DNA of 64,000 nucleotides from a virus: IMG/VR virus record IMGVR_UViG_3300044712_002706, positions 12,663 to 76,662 of that record; one strand, 5' to 3'. Shown piece by piece: positions 18,421 to 26,271 of this stretch (position 1 is its first letter; each line of letters starts with the position of its first letter). The notes under the pieces were generated by a model. It saw only the letters and a program-made list of their open reading frames with translations, ran no database searches and was not told where the DNA came from. The position numbers and the translations under genes were made by a program.

Positions 18421-20406
18421 TTCGAGATATTCAATCGCCTGGTCAAGCTTGGCACAGAACGAACCGGCATACTCTTTGCCCACCGAGCGGGCCATTTCGC
18501 GCTTACTGCCGTCGTTGCGCCAGACTTCCTCGATGTCTTGTGCCAATTCGATGGTCTCCCGGCTCCAGACCTGACCGATGACAGGTTCGTGCGATGGCTG
18601 CGGGGCCACCCGCCACTCAGAGAGCGGCTGGACGGGGCGAGATTGGACGTAAGCACGCAGCTCATCATCGCTGGGGTGGAAGGCCACGCCACGCGTCATC
18701 TCGCCGGTGAGCATGGCCAGGAACTGGTTCTCAGCCAGGCCCTCGGCCCCACGCGCATCGAACATGGCCTGGCTGGTCGAACCATCGCGCATGCGGAAGG
18801 CCACCCGCCCGCAGTTGTCACGAACTGTCAAACCTTCCTTACCCAGTGTGCGATGGGTGGGGTCGGTGGTTGCTCCGACGAAGGAGATACCCATCTTGCG
18901 ACCCTTGCTGGTGATGGCAATGGCTGCGGCCCAGATGCGGCGGCGAAGTTCGGGGGATGCCATCGTAGCCAGGGCGACCAGTTCGTCTATTACGACCATG
19001 ATCTGAGAATCATCCTTGCCTGCTTCGCGAAGGCTCAGGCGAGACCAGGTCGAGACCCCGGCAGCTTTCAGGACAGCACTGCGGCGACCTACTTCGGCGG
19101 CGACACTTTCCAGGGCATCGGCGATGGCGGCGGGAGTCTCGTCTACGGTAACCAGGTTAGGGTGGCCCAACAGCGGGGCGAAGTCGCCGCCGGCGTCGTT
19201 GAGCAGGATCACCCGTTGGCCGCGGGCAAGCGCGGCAGCGGTGATCGGGCGCAATCCACACATGGTCTTGCCCGCCCCCGACGTGGCGGCGATCAGCAGG
19301 TGTGGGGTCTTGAGCGGGTCCAAAAGCAGCGGGCCGGCCTTGCCCACGCCGAGTGGGATGGTTTGTCCTTGCCAGGTCTGGAGCAGCTCCCAGGGGGCGA
19401 TATCCGGGAGTGTGATGGACTCATCATCTTCTTCCACGGCACTGTCAGCGATCTGCGGCGGCTCCATGTCCTTGCGGATGAGACCCAGGGCGGCAGCGCG
19501 CAGCGGGTTCTTGCGGGGCGCACCAACCTGCATCGTATTGGCGGCGATGAGCAGTTCGGCAGCCTGGCTGCGGGCGGTGACCTGGGCCTGCAGTGGGACA
19601 TCCAAAATCCCAGGTTGCGAGACCGCACCACCCGGCATCACGGCCAGGGCTGGCCCAAACTGACGGGTGGGGTCGAGAATGACCACCCCACCACCGGCGA
19701 CGGGGACGGTGACATAGCCTTTGCCATCTGGCCCAAAACGCCACAGGCCCAGCCGCACCATGATTGCTACCCGGAACTGCCAGGCAGACTGGACAAGCAG
19801 CCCACACGCAACCACGGCCAGGATAGCCAGCAATGACCAGAAGATGCGATACCCCCAGGTGCGAAACAGGGCGGTTTGTGCTTCGCTGACGCGCTGCTCC
19901 TGGATGCGCTCCACTTCGGCATTCGCATTCGCCACAACCACGGCGTTTTCGGCTTCTCGGCGCACGGCGTCAGCGGTGGCGGCAGCGTCCAGGCCTGCCT
20001 GCACCACAGCGGTCTGGGTGCTCTTGATGGCATTGTCGGCAGCCTGGGTGGATTGGGCGCTGGCGGTTTCATAGGCCCGCTGGGTTTCCTGGCGAACGCC
20101 CTCGGTCTGTTTAGCGGCGTGCTGTTCGGTAGCAGCTGCAGCGGTCAACTCCAGGCTGACGGCGGTAGCCCGCACACTCAGTTCACTCATTTGTGCCTGG
20201 CCGAAAGCGGTGGTGGCCTGCGCCCCGGCGACGGCACTTTGAGACGTGGCGACAAAAGCTGGGATCAGCGTCTCGGTGGCAACTGGGCCAGGTGTTCCAC
20301 CGGCGAACGTTGGGATACCCAGGCCAGGGCCACCAGCACAAGCGATGGTGCTGGCCAGCATGACGAGAGCGACGATCAGGAGTTTAGCGGCGGTTGAGCG
20401 GTTCAT
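18379..20406 (-). CDS. Membrane-anchored FtsK/SpoIIIE (TraB-like) ATPase
   Basis: Lipobox-like LASTIAC, Ala/Thr stalk, TM segment, PHLLIAATSGAGKT, IMVVIDE, KGRKMGI arginine finger, C-terminal HTH-like segment. Confidence 0.85.
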   Translation of the reverse strand: MNRSTAAKLLIVALVMLASTIACAGGPGLGIPTFAGGTPGPVATETLIPAFVATSQSAVAGAQATTAFGQAQMSELSVRATAVSLELTAAAATEQHAAKQTEGVRQETQRAYETASAQSTQAADNAIKSTQTAVVQAGLDAAATADAVRREAENAVVVANANAEVERIQEQRVSEAQTALFRTWGYRIFWSLLAILAVVACGLLVQSAWQFRVAIMVRLGLWRFGPDGKGYVTVPVAGGGVVILDPTRQFGPALAVMPGGAVSQPGILDVPLQAQVTARSQAAELLIAANTMQVGAPRKNPLRAAALGLIRKDMEPPQIADSAVEEDDESITLPDIAPWELLQTWQGQTIPLGVGKAGPLLLDPLKTPHLLIAATSGAGKTMCGLRPITAAALARGQRVILLNDAGGDFAPLLGHPNLVTVDETPAAIADALESVAAEVGRRSAVLKAAGVSTWSRLSLREAGKDDSQIMVVIDELVALATMASPELRRRIWAAAIAITSKGRKMGISFVGATTDPTHRTLGKEGLTVRDNCGRVAFRMRDGSTSQAMFDARGAEGLAENQFLAMLTGEMTRGVAFHPSDDELRAYVQSRPVQPLSEWRVAPQPSHEPVIGQVWSRETIELAQDIEEVWRNDGSKREMARSVGKEYAGSFCAKLDQAIEYLESATTTSDLPAFGG

Positions 20407-20773
20407 CAGTTTTGCTCCAATCCCGAAGGATGGCGGCGAGTTGGGTGGTTTCTGGGTCGGGCAGGGCACGGTAAGGGCGGCGACGTGGGAGAGAGTAAGG
20501 AATTTCTGAGTTGGGTGTAATGCGGCGAATTTGCGCCTGGTTGGTGATGCGGTAGACGGTCATCAGGATGGCGATTGGCGTGATGATGACGGCCAGGGCC
20601 AGGATGGCAATCACACACTGGCTGGTTTGCAGGGTGGTGGCCATCACTGTCATGGCGGCAGCGTTGGCAGCGCTGGCGGCGGCGCTCATGGCAGCGGTGC
20701 CCAGGGCACAGATGCCGGACAAAATGACAAGGCCGGCAGCCAGCGAAACCAGCACATTGGGCTTATTCTCCAT
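20384..20773 (-). CDS. Small 2-TM membrane protein
   Basis: Two hydrophobic segments; overlaps its neighbours. Confidence 0.65.
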   Translation of the reverse strand: MENKPNVLVSLAAGLVILSGICALGTAAMSAAASAANAAAMTVMATTLQTSQCVIAILALAVIITPIAILMTVYRITNQAQIRRITPNSEIPYSLPRRRPYRALPDPETTQLAAILRDWSKTDEPLNRR

Positions 20774-20999
20774 TTTTCAGCCTCGCTGCCCACGCCAGAC
20801 CAATCCCGCCGAAGAGAACCAACGCAAGGAGAAGTCCGCCGGCCCACGATTGGGGAATGGTGGCCCTGGTGTCGGGCATGAAAATCCCTACTATTCCCAG
20901 GATGGGGAGCTGGACGATACCGGCGATGGCAACACTGCTAACCAACATGCCAATCACAATGACTTTCAGCGAAATCTTTACTTTGAATTCCGTTTCCAT
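20763..20999 (-). CDS. Small 2-TM membrane protein
   Basis: Two hydrophobic segments; AAGGA RBS. Confidence 0.65.
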   Translation of the reverse strand: METEFKVKISLKVIVIGMLVSSVAIAGIVQLPILGIVGIFMPDTRATIPQSWAGGLLLALVLFGGIGLAWAARLKNGE

Positions 21000-21000
21000 C

Positions 21001-21300
21001 TCAAAATCCTTTCATGACCAGCTTCAGCACCGCCACGAACAACAGAGCCACCGGGCCAACGCAGGTGAAGCCGACGATGGCGACGGCAAAGACGGCCGTA
21101 CCCATACTGATCACGGTGTTGGCGTAGTGGTCTGGGTCAACCGGCGCACCGCGGTGCTCGTGGATGACGACGATCTGCGGAACCGGCGACGTAGCCATCT
21201 GGCTATAAGCCGGGCGTCGGATGGGCGGCAGGTGCGCCGGTGGGACGAAGACCACCTGGGAGTCATTGTGCAGGGCGATTTGATGCTGGTTCATGATCAC
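21001..21300 (-). CDS. Small membrane protein
   Basis: C-terminal hydrophobic hairpin; coupled to upstream gene. Confidence 0.6.
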   Translation of the reverse strand: MIMNQHQIALHNDSQVVFVPPAHLPPIRRPAYSQMATSPVPQIVVIHEHRGAPVDPDHYANTVISMGTAVFAVAIVGFTCVGPVALLFVAVLKLVMKGF

Positions 21301-21821
21301 ACCGGCCTTTCATCAGCGGGGTCGCTGGCATTCCAGGCAGCCCGCAGGTAGGTGCGCACCTGGCCGCCCACGGTGCAGGTGAAGCGCTCCGGGTCGCGGG
21401 ATGCCAGGGGAACAGAGAAGTATTGGCAGGTGGTGCGCCACTCCACATCGGACGGGCCGATTGCGTCGGCACGCCAGATTTGCATACGCAGCACGTTGTT
21501 GAAGACGATGACATCGATGCCCATCCCGTTTTTGAGCGGCGGCTGGCGCTGGGCCTGGCCCTGGTGCAGTACGGCGGCGTCATACATCTTCTCCAAAATC
21601 GCGGCCAGCCCGCTCTTCCTGGCCTGCTGAACGGTCTGCTGGTTTTGCATGGCAAGCATCTCCTCGATCACGGCCTGCGGAGCGACAAACTCAAAGCCAC
21701 AGCCACCTTCCGGCAGTTCACGCGTGCCAGTCACCTGCAGGCCGCGCTGATCCCATTCGGGCCGCCACAGGGCGATGGGGATTTTGATTACCAGTTCGGT
21801 GGCTGTGGTTTGGGTGCTCAT
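21297..21821 (-). CDS. Hypothetical phage protein
   Basis: Start placed at MSTQTTATEL, just after the stop of the upstream ORF. Confidence 0.6.
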   Translation of the reverse strand: MSTQTTATELVIKIPIALWRPEWDQRGLQVTGTRELPEGGCGFEFVAPQAVIEEMLAMQNQQTVQQARKSGLAAILEKMYDAAVLHQGQAQRQPPLKNGMGIDVIVFNNVLRMQIWRADAIGPSDVEWRTTCQYFSVPLASRDPERFTCTVGGQVRTYLRAAWNASDPADERPV

Positions 21822-21822
21822 C

Positions 21823-22068
21823 TCAGCGTCGGTTCGGTTCGAGTTCGTATTCGAGCACCCAGGCGGTGCGTTCGCTGCCCAGCAGCTCCACCAGGTAGTT
21901 GAAAGTGCGGCCGATGTTGTCCACATCGAGAATGGTGACGACCTGGCCCTTGGGCAGGATGGCTCCTTCGACGGGGATGATGTCGTCGGATAGGCGGGCG
22001 TCATCGCCTTTGAAATATTTCTGCACGGGAGCGGCTTTGATTTTCGTGGGGGGTGTGCGGGTAACCAT
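21823..22068 (-). CDS. Small SH3-like beta-barrel protein
   Basis: AAGGA RBS; pattern FKGDDARL..PKGQVVTILD..YLVE..WVLEYELEP. Confidence 0.6.
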   Translation of the reverse strand: MVTRTPPTKIKAAPVQKYFKGDDARLSDDIIPVEGAILPKGQVVTILDVDNIGRTFNYLVELLGSERTAWVLEYELEPNRR

Positions 22069-22112
22069 GGGTTATTCCTTCTGCACTCGATGTTTGTGCG
22101 CAAACAGTCAAA

Positions 22113-23195
22113 TCAAATAATCGGGGCGATGAAGCGCACATCGATCGGGGCGTTGATGGCTCCCGTCAGGATGCGTTTCACCGTGCTGGTCAGACGGCCC
22201 TCCAACCACTGGGCGGTGTAGAGCGAGGGTGCGCCGACCAGGAAGATGTTCTCGGCAGCCTGGTAGCCAAGCGCCACGGTGTCGGCGACGAAGTCGGCGA
22301 AGGTGCCGCGGGGCATCTCGACCCGCAACTGCTCAGTCACCGTCATCCACGCCCATTCGAGCGTTCGCCCGCCAGGAAGTGGGTCTGAACGTCCCGTTCC
22401 GGGGTAGTTTGGGTCGGCATTTTCTTCCGCAAGCGCTGCCTGATGAACCGACTCCGGTTCGGGTTCGAGAACTTCGTCTTCGAGTTCTTCCTTGGGTAGG
22501 TTGGCCCGTTCGAGAACGGCGGCGGGGATGTAGCGGCGATGGGCTTCGGGCGAATAGTAGGTCGCTTCGGGGTAGTAGCGCTTCTGGATGTGGAGCGGCA
22601 CCACGGAAGCGGGAAAACGTACCTTGCTTCGTGAGTCATAACAATAGGCCACATTAGCCAAAACATCTGAGAGACTGAAACCGACTTGCACCGCCGTCTC
22701 AGTGGCACGTTCGGCATCTTTCACCCCCACTGCACGTAGTAGATCGAGGATCGAGGAGGATGGATTAAAGAGAATCTGATCTTTTAAAGATTCTTGATCC
22801 TCCTCCTCATCCAGACTAAACGACAAATTTGTCGTATACGCCACTTTTTGAGACAAAGCGACATTTTTGTCGTTTAGTGATTTTCCGGTCAACTTTTCAT
22901 CGGGGATGGGAAATCGCTCTGGAAAGAGAAAACGAACGCAGCCGTTTCGGTGGGTCTCTGAACGCAGCCAGGACAACCGTTCCAGGGCTTGCACATAGCG
23001 TTGATAGGTGCGCATTTCCAACCCGAGGAAATCCAGCAGCTCCTTGACGTCCATTTCAGGGGTGAAACGGTACTTGGTGTTCCATGCCAGGCCGTACACG
23101 GAGCCAAAGAAGTCCTTCAGAGAGGAGGGCACGGTACGGGCGTAGACGATGGTGCTGGGGATGGGAATGTAGCGGGGTGGTGTAGTGATGGTCAT
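22113..23195 (-). CDS. Phage replication initiator with C-terminal DnaA N-terminal-like domain
   Basis: N-terminal HTH-like region; C-terminal WxxVxEQL...TFADFVADT...APSLYTAQWLEGRL...VRF; internal iteron-like repeats. Confidence 0.75.
   Translation of the reverse strand: MTITTPPRYIPIPSTIVYARTVPSSLKDFFGSVYGLAWNTKYRFTPEMDVKELLDFLGLEMRTYQRYVQALERLSWLRSETHRNGCVRFLFPERFPIPDEKLTGKSLNDKNVALSQKVAYTTNLSFSLDEEEDQESLKDQILFNPSSSILDLLRAVGVKDAERATETAVQVGFSLSDVLANVAYCYDSRSKVRFPASVVPLHIQKRYYPEATYYSPEAHRRYIPAAVLERANLPKEELEDEVLEPEPESVHQAALAEENADPNYPGTGRSDPLPGGRTLEWAWMTVTEQLRVEMPRGTFADFVADTVALGYQAAENIFLVGAPSLYTAQWLEGRLTSTVKRILTGAINAPIDVRFIAPII
22765..22875. repeat. Putative replication origin: CGACA-N4-TGTCG iterons plus AT-rich tract
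   Basis: ACGACAAATTTGTCGT at 22820-22835, GCGACATTTTTGTCGT at 22858-22873, degenerate middle copy, AT-rich segment downstream on the coding strand. Confidence 0.6.
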
Positions 23196-23461
23196 AGCTT
23201 CAATGTGAGTTGGACGAGATGGGGTGCGGTGATGCGAAGATCGGCAGCCAGGTCAACGAGCAGAATCAGCATCTCATCCGCAGCCTGGTCGTGGGCGAGA
23301 CGCAAGTCCCCGTCTGTTTGGGGGAGGCGTCCCGACAGGACAGCAGCCATACCACGACCTTTGGGCGTGTTGGACAAGATGATCCACTGGTGACCTGGCT
23401 CGATGGTCGGGTCAGCTTCGGTGGTGATTTTGAGTTCTGGCGTGTCGAGGATGACAGCCAT
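23192..23461 (-). CDS. Hypothetical protein divergent from the integrase
   Basis: AGGAGG RBS; overlaps the initiator start. Confidence 0.65.
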   Translation of the reverse strand: MAVILDTPELKITTEADPTIEPGHQWIILSNTPKGRGMAAVLSGRLPQTDGDLRLAHDQAADEMLILLVDLAADLRITAPHLVQLTLKL

Positions 23462-23480
23462 TGATTAACCTCCTGTGATT

Positions 23481-23580
23481 TGCTACAATAAGTCCGTGAA
23501 GGTGAAACTTTTCCAGGGTATGCACCTCCACGGTTTGCTGTTGGGCCAGACCTATCTTGATAGGATTCTGGCCTTTTTCT
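23481..23580 (+). promoter_or_regulatory. Extended -10 promoter, hairpin and terminator upstream of the integrase
   Basis: TGcTACAAT; CCGTG-AGGTG/CACCT-CACGG stem; GGCCAGA..TCTGGCC followed by T5. Confidence 0.55.
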
Positions 23581-23622
23581 TGCACCCGGTCTGAGTCCTA
23601 TATCTGACTAAGGAGAACAAAA

Positions 23623-24663
23623 ATGCAAGAACATCAAACCCAAACTCAAGCCCATGTTGAGCACATGATGCGCACGCCAACCTTGGCCGATGCCGTAGAT
23701 ACATTTGTGCGTCTGGAGCTTGAACTCAACGACCGACCGGCGACAACGATCCGTTGGTATAGGATGCGGCTGGATGCAATGTCATCCCATATTGGGCCTG
23801 AGATGCCCCCGAATATGGTGATGGACGTTGACCTGCTGGAGTTCATGTCAGAGCTCAGACGGCGTGAGGTGCGCTATGAAAACGCACCGAGGCCGAAAGA
23901 GACTGGCAAGCTTTCCGTGAATACGCTGCGGGGATATGCCAAGGCGCTACGCCGGTTCTGGGCGTGGATGGAGCGAAAGAAATTCACCGAGGACAATCCT
24001 GCCAGTGATTTGCCGGTGCCAGGCAAGAAGAAGGTGGCAAAACGAGGGATCAGTGATGCCGACCAGGATGCGATGATTGCTGCATCTCGGCCAACCTGGG
24101 ACGGTGGCCCACTCAGTGACGATGACATTCGCTCGTTCCGGGATTACGCCATTCTGTGTTTCCTGGACTCGACCGGCTGCCGATTGGGTGGCTTGGCGCA
24201 CCTGACCCTGCGGGATATCGATCTGGATAACCCGAAGGAGAAGTTGCGTAAGCGTGCCTATGTTGTGGAGAAGGGGGATAAGGGGCGGTACGTTTTCATG
24301 AACGAACGCTGCCAGACGGCGATGAAAGCCTGGTTGCAGGTTCGCCCCCGGTGCGGCTCATCGAACGTCTTCATTGGCTATGTCAATGGTGCTGAGTCGT
24401 GGAAGAAGTTGGCTGAGGCCGGCATTTACACGGTGGTCAAAAAGTACGCTATTCTCTCTGGCGTAGCTTCAAAGCCCGGAGCCCTGTGGTCTCCCCATCA
24501 GTGGCGGCATCGTTTCGGGCGTCGTTGGTTGGAGCGTGGTGGTGATCTTTCCCGCCTGGCCCAGTTGATGGGCCATTCAACGGTGCAAATCACCAGTGAG
24601 CATTATGGTCAACTGGAGATTGACGTGCTCCAGGACGGCTACGACCAGATCATGGGTCAGTAA
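23623..24663 (+). CDS. Tyrosine recombinase/integrase
   Basis: Catalytic R (TGCRL), K (EKGDK), HxxR (HQWRH), MGHS and Y; lies next to a tRNA fragment. Confidence 0.93.
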   Translation: MQEHQTQTQAHVEHMMRTPTLADAVDTFVRLELELNDRPATTIRWYRMRLDAMSSHIGPEMPPNMVMDVDLLEFMSELRRREVRYENAPRPKETGKLSVNTLRGYAKALRRFWAWMERKKFTEDNPASDLPVPGKKKVAKRGISDADQDAMIAASRPTWDGGPLSDDDIRSFRDYAILCFLDSTGCRLGGLAHLTLRDIDLDNPKEKLRKRAYVVEKGDKGRYVFMNERCQTAMKAWLQVRPRCGSSNVFIGYVNGAESWKKLAEAGIYTVVKKYAILSGVASKPGALWSPHQWRHRFGRRWLERGGDLSRLAQLMGHSTVQITSEHYGQLEIDVLQDGYDQIMGQ

Positions 24664-24669
24664 ATCAGG

Positions 24670-24710
24670 AATTCGCACTCAGGGGACAACGTGTCCCCTG
24701 AGTGCGAATC
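24670..24710. terminator. Long inverted repeat after the integrase
   Basis: ATTCGCACTCAGGGGACA-acg-TGTCCCCTGAGTGCGAAT. Confidence 0.65.
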
Positions 24711-24771
24711 TAGCCCTCCGAAGGCCGAATCAGGTATAATGTGGGGGCACAATTATGTAAACAAGTCTTTC

Positions 24772-24811
24772 GGGGCCGTGGCGGAATTGGCAGACGCAGG
24801 GGACTTAAAAT
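24772..24811 (+). tRNA. 5' half of tRNA-Leu(UAA), attachment-site fragment (not a complete tRNA)
   Basis: GGGGCCGTGGCGGAATTGGCAGACGCAGGGGACTTAAAAT gives acceptor 5' strand, D arm and anticodon loop CTTAAAA. No T arm follows. TATAAT at 24735-24740. Confidence 0.85.
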
Positions 24812-24871
24812 TCTCTGCGTTTAGAATTCGCTAACCCCCATGCGGTAGAACTTTTTAATTTAAGGTGCAAG

Positions 24872-25120
24872 ATGACTCTAAGCGATAGTCAGCAACAAAA
24901 ACTTGATAAGTGGACAGCTATTAACGTGCATGGTTGTCCGATTTGCGGAAGCATTGATTTCGCTAACGGCGATGTTTTGTCGGGCGTAGTTGTTCAAGAA
25001 AGTAGAACAAGCGATATTAGAAGATTATCCTTACCCGTTGTTCAGGTTACTTGCAAAAACTGCGCTTACGTTATGCACTTTTCTGCTGATCGGATTGGTC
25101 TTGTGAGCCGTCCTGGGTAA
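24872..25120 (+). CDS. Small zinc-ribbon protein
   Basis: CPICG and CKNCAY motifs; low GC. Confidence 0.7.
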   Translation: MTLSDSQQQKLDKWTAINVHGCPICGSIDFANGDVLSGVVVQESRTSDIRRLSLPVVQVTCKNCAYVMHFSADRIGLVSRPG

Positions 25121-25424
25121 GCTCGACACCAGGATATTCATTTTCGTACATTCTGATATGTTTTCCGTTGGGCTTCGTGAGCAAACGATAGTTTTCGCCG
25201 AATGCGCTCGGCTCTTCAGTCTTTTTATCAAACGTGCTCTCGCCTACGTGCTCACCGCAGAAATCAGTTGCATCCACGGCGGGCCATCCCCATTCTCCTT
25301 GTTCCGGGCGCGGCGCATAGCGATGGCAAAAGCCCCATCCCTGATCTTCTTTTCCGTCAGGGAGATATTTCGGTTGATAACATTTGCAGGTTTTACAGCG
25401 GGGAAGATCATTTACATTAGCCAT
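25071..25424 (-). CDS. Small Cys-rich protein
   Basis: CKTCKC..GFCHRYAP..WPAV..DFCGEH; GGAG RBS. Confidence 0.6.
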   Translation of the reverse strand: MANVNDLPRCKTCKCYQPKYLPDGKEDQGWGFCHRYAPRPEQGEWGWPAVDATDFCGEHVGESTFDKKTEEPSAFGENYRLLTKPNGKHIRMYENEYPGVELTQDGSQDQSDQQKSA

Positions 25425-25563
25425 TGCAGCTCCATGTGAGTTGTTTGGTGCCACCGGCTCGATACTCTTGGCGGGGTTGCGGGCCTGGTGGTTGAAATAG
25501 CACAGCGTCTGCTGGAAGTTTCTCGAAAAGTCGTGGCCGAAAGGCTGCGGCTTTTTGATTCTC

Positions 25564-25842
25564 CTACTCAGCTGCAGACGACTTCGAGACCTCGAATACA
25601 TCACCAATGCGCAGGTTTAGCGCCTGCTCATCGGTCAACCCCAGCCCGCTCGTCAGAATTCCATACAAAATAGACAAATCAACTGAATACATGCCTTCTC
25701 GCTTATCTTCGCTCTCGCTTAGATATTTCGATACAGCCTGCCAGCTATTTCCACTTCGTAGGCTAACCTGATGTACGTTTGGGGTTTTTCCGAGCTTCAG
25801 GATGTCGCCGCGGCTTTTCAGTCGAAACTTTCCAGCCGACAT
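25564..25842 (-). CDS. Putative XRE/Cro-like HTH repressor
   Basis: NVHQVSLRSGNSWQAVSKYL helix-turn-helix pattern; first gene after the leftward promoter. Confidence 0.55.
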   Translation of the reverse strand: MSAGKFRLKSRGDILKLGKTPNVHQVSLRSGNSWQAVSKYLSESEDKREGMYSVDLSILYGILTSGLGLTDEQALNLRIGDVFEVSKSSAAE

Positions 25843-25897
25843 GTTTTCTCCTGGTTGAATAAATCTTGTCAACATTCGTTTACATCTCCTAAAAAGT

Positions 25898-25926
25898 ATT
25901 ATAAACCAGGCTTCGCAGAATGTCAA
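25898..25926 (-). promoter_or_regulatory. Consensus sigma70 promoter, leftward
   Basis: TTGACA-17-TATAAT on the minus strand. Confidence 0.85.
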
Positions 25927-25958
25927 CATACGAGTATACCGACGCTCCTATAATCCTA

Positions 25959-25987
25959 TTGACATAATATCATCATAGGCGTATAAT
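25959..25987 (+). promoter_or_regulatory. Consensus sigma70 promoter, rightward
   Basis: TTGACA-17-TATAAT. Confidence 0.85.
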
Positions 25988-26115
25988 TTCAATCAGATAG
26001 TACATGAAATCTCACGCAGTAAATTCCAGGTCTCGACCGGGTAAACTCGGCAGACGGGTGATAAGACGTGAGCGGCGCTGAAGAACAGCGCACATTTCCC
26101 GAAAGGAGCGTTCGA

Positions 26116-26271
26116 ATGGAGTTTCTCAATATCTTGAAGGACATTGTTGGGGGGGGGCTTCCGGCGTCGGAAATCCCCGGGTTCCTGGCCTGGTTGATGG
26201 GCCGGAGTTTCTGGTTCTGGTTCGCCCTGGTGATGGGGATCGTGGTGGGGGTGATCGTATGCAACCTGTAA
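26116..26271 (+). CDS. Small membrane peptide
   Basis: AAGGAG RBS; C-terminal TM segment. Confidence 0.55.
   Translation: MEFLNILKDIVGGGLPASEIPGFLAWLMGRSFWFWFALVMGIVVGVIVCNL

Larger units (their letters stand above)
1..24810. mobile_element. Prophage A, right portion (tail fibre to integrase/att)
   Basis: Tail fibre, phage replication initiator and integrase ending at a tRNA fragment. Four genes have diverged paralogs in the same order in prophage B. Confidence 0.8.

Noticed and set aside
18361..19836. 491-aa plus-strand ORF and similar long antisense ORFs (5098..6273, 52987..54396, 47101..48147)
   Set aside because: Shadow frames of GC-rich genes with clear motifs on the opposite strand.
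24772..24860. Complete or intron-containing tRNA-Leu
   Set aside because: No variable arm, T arm or 3' acceptor strand follows, and no group I intron core is recognisable.
26005..26095. c-di-GMP-I (GEMM) riboswitch in the early leader
   Set aside because: Only loose word matches; the P1 GNRA loop and P2 order are not present.
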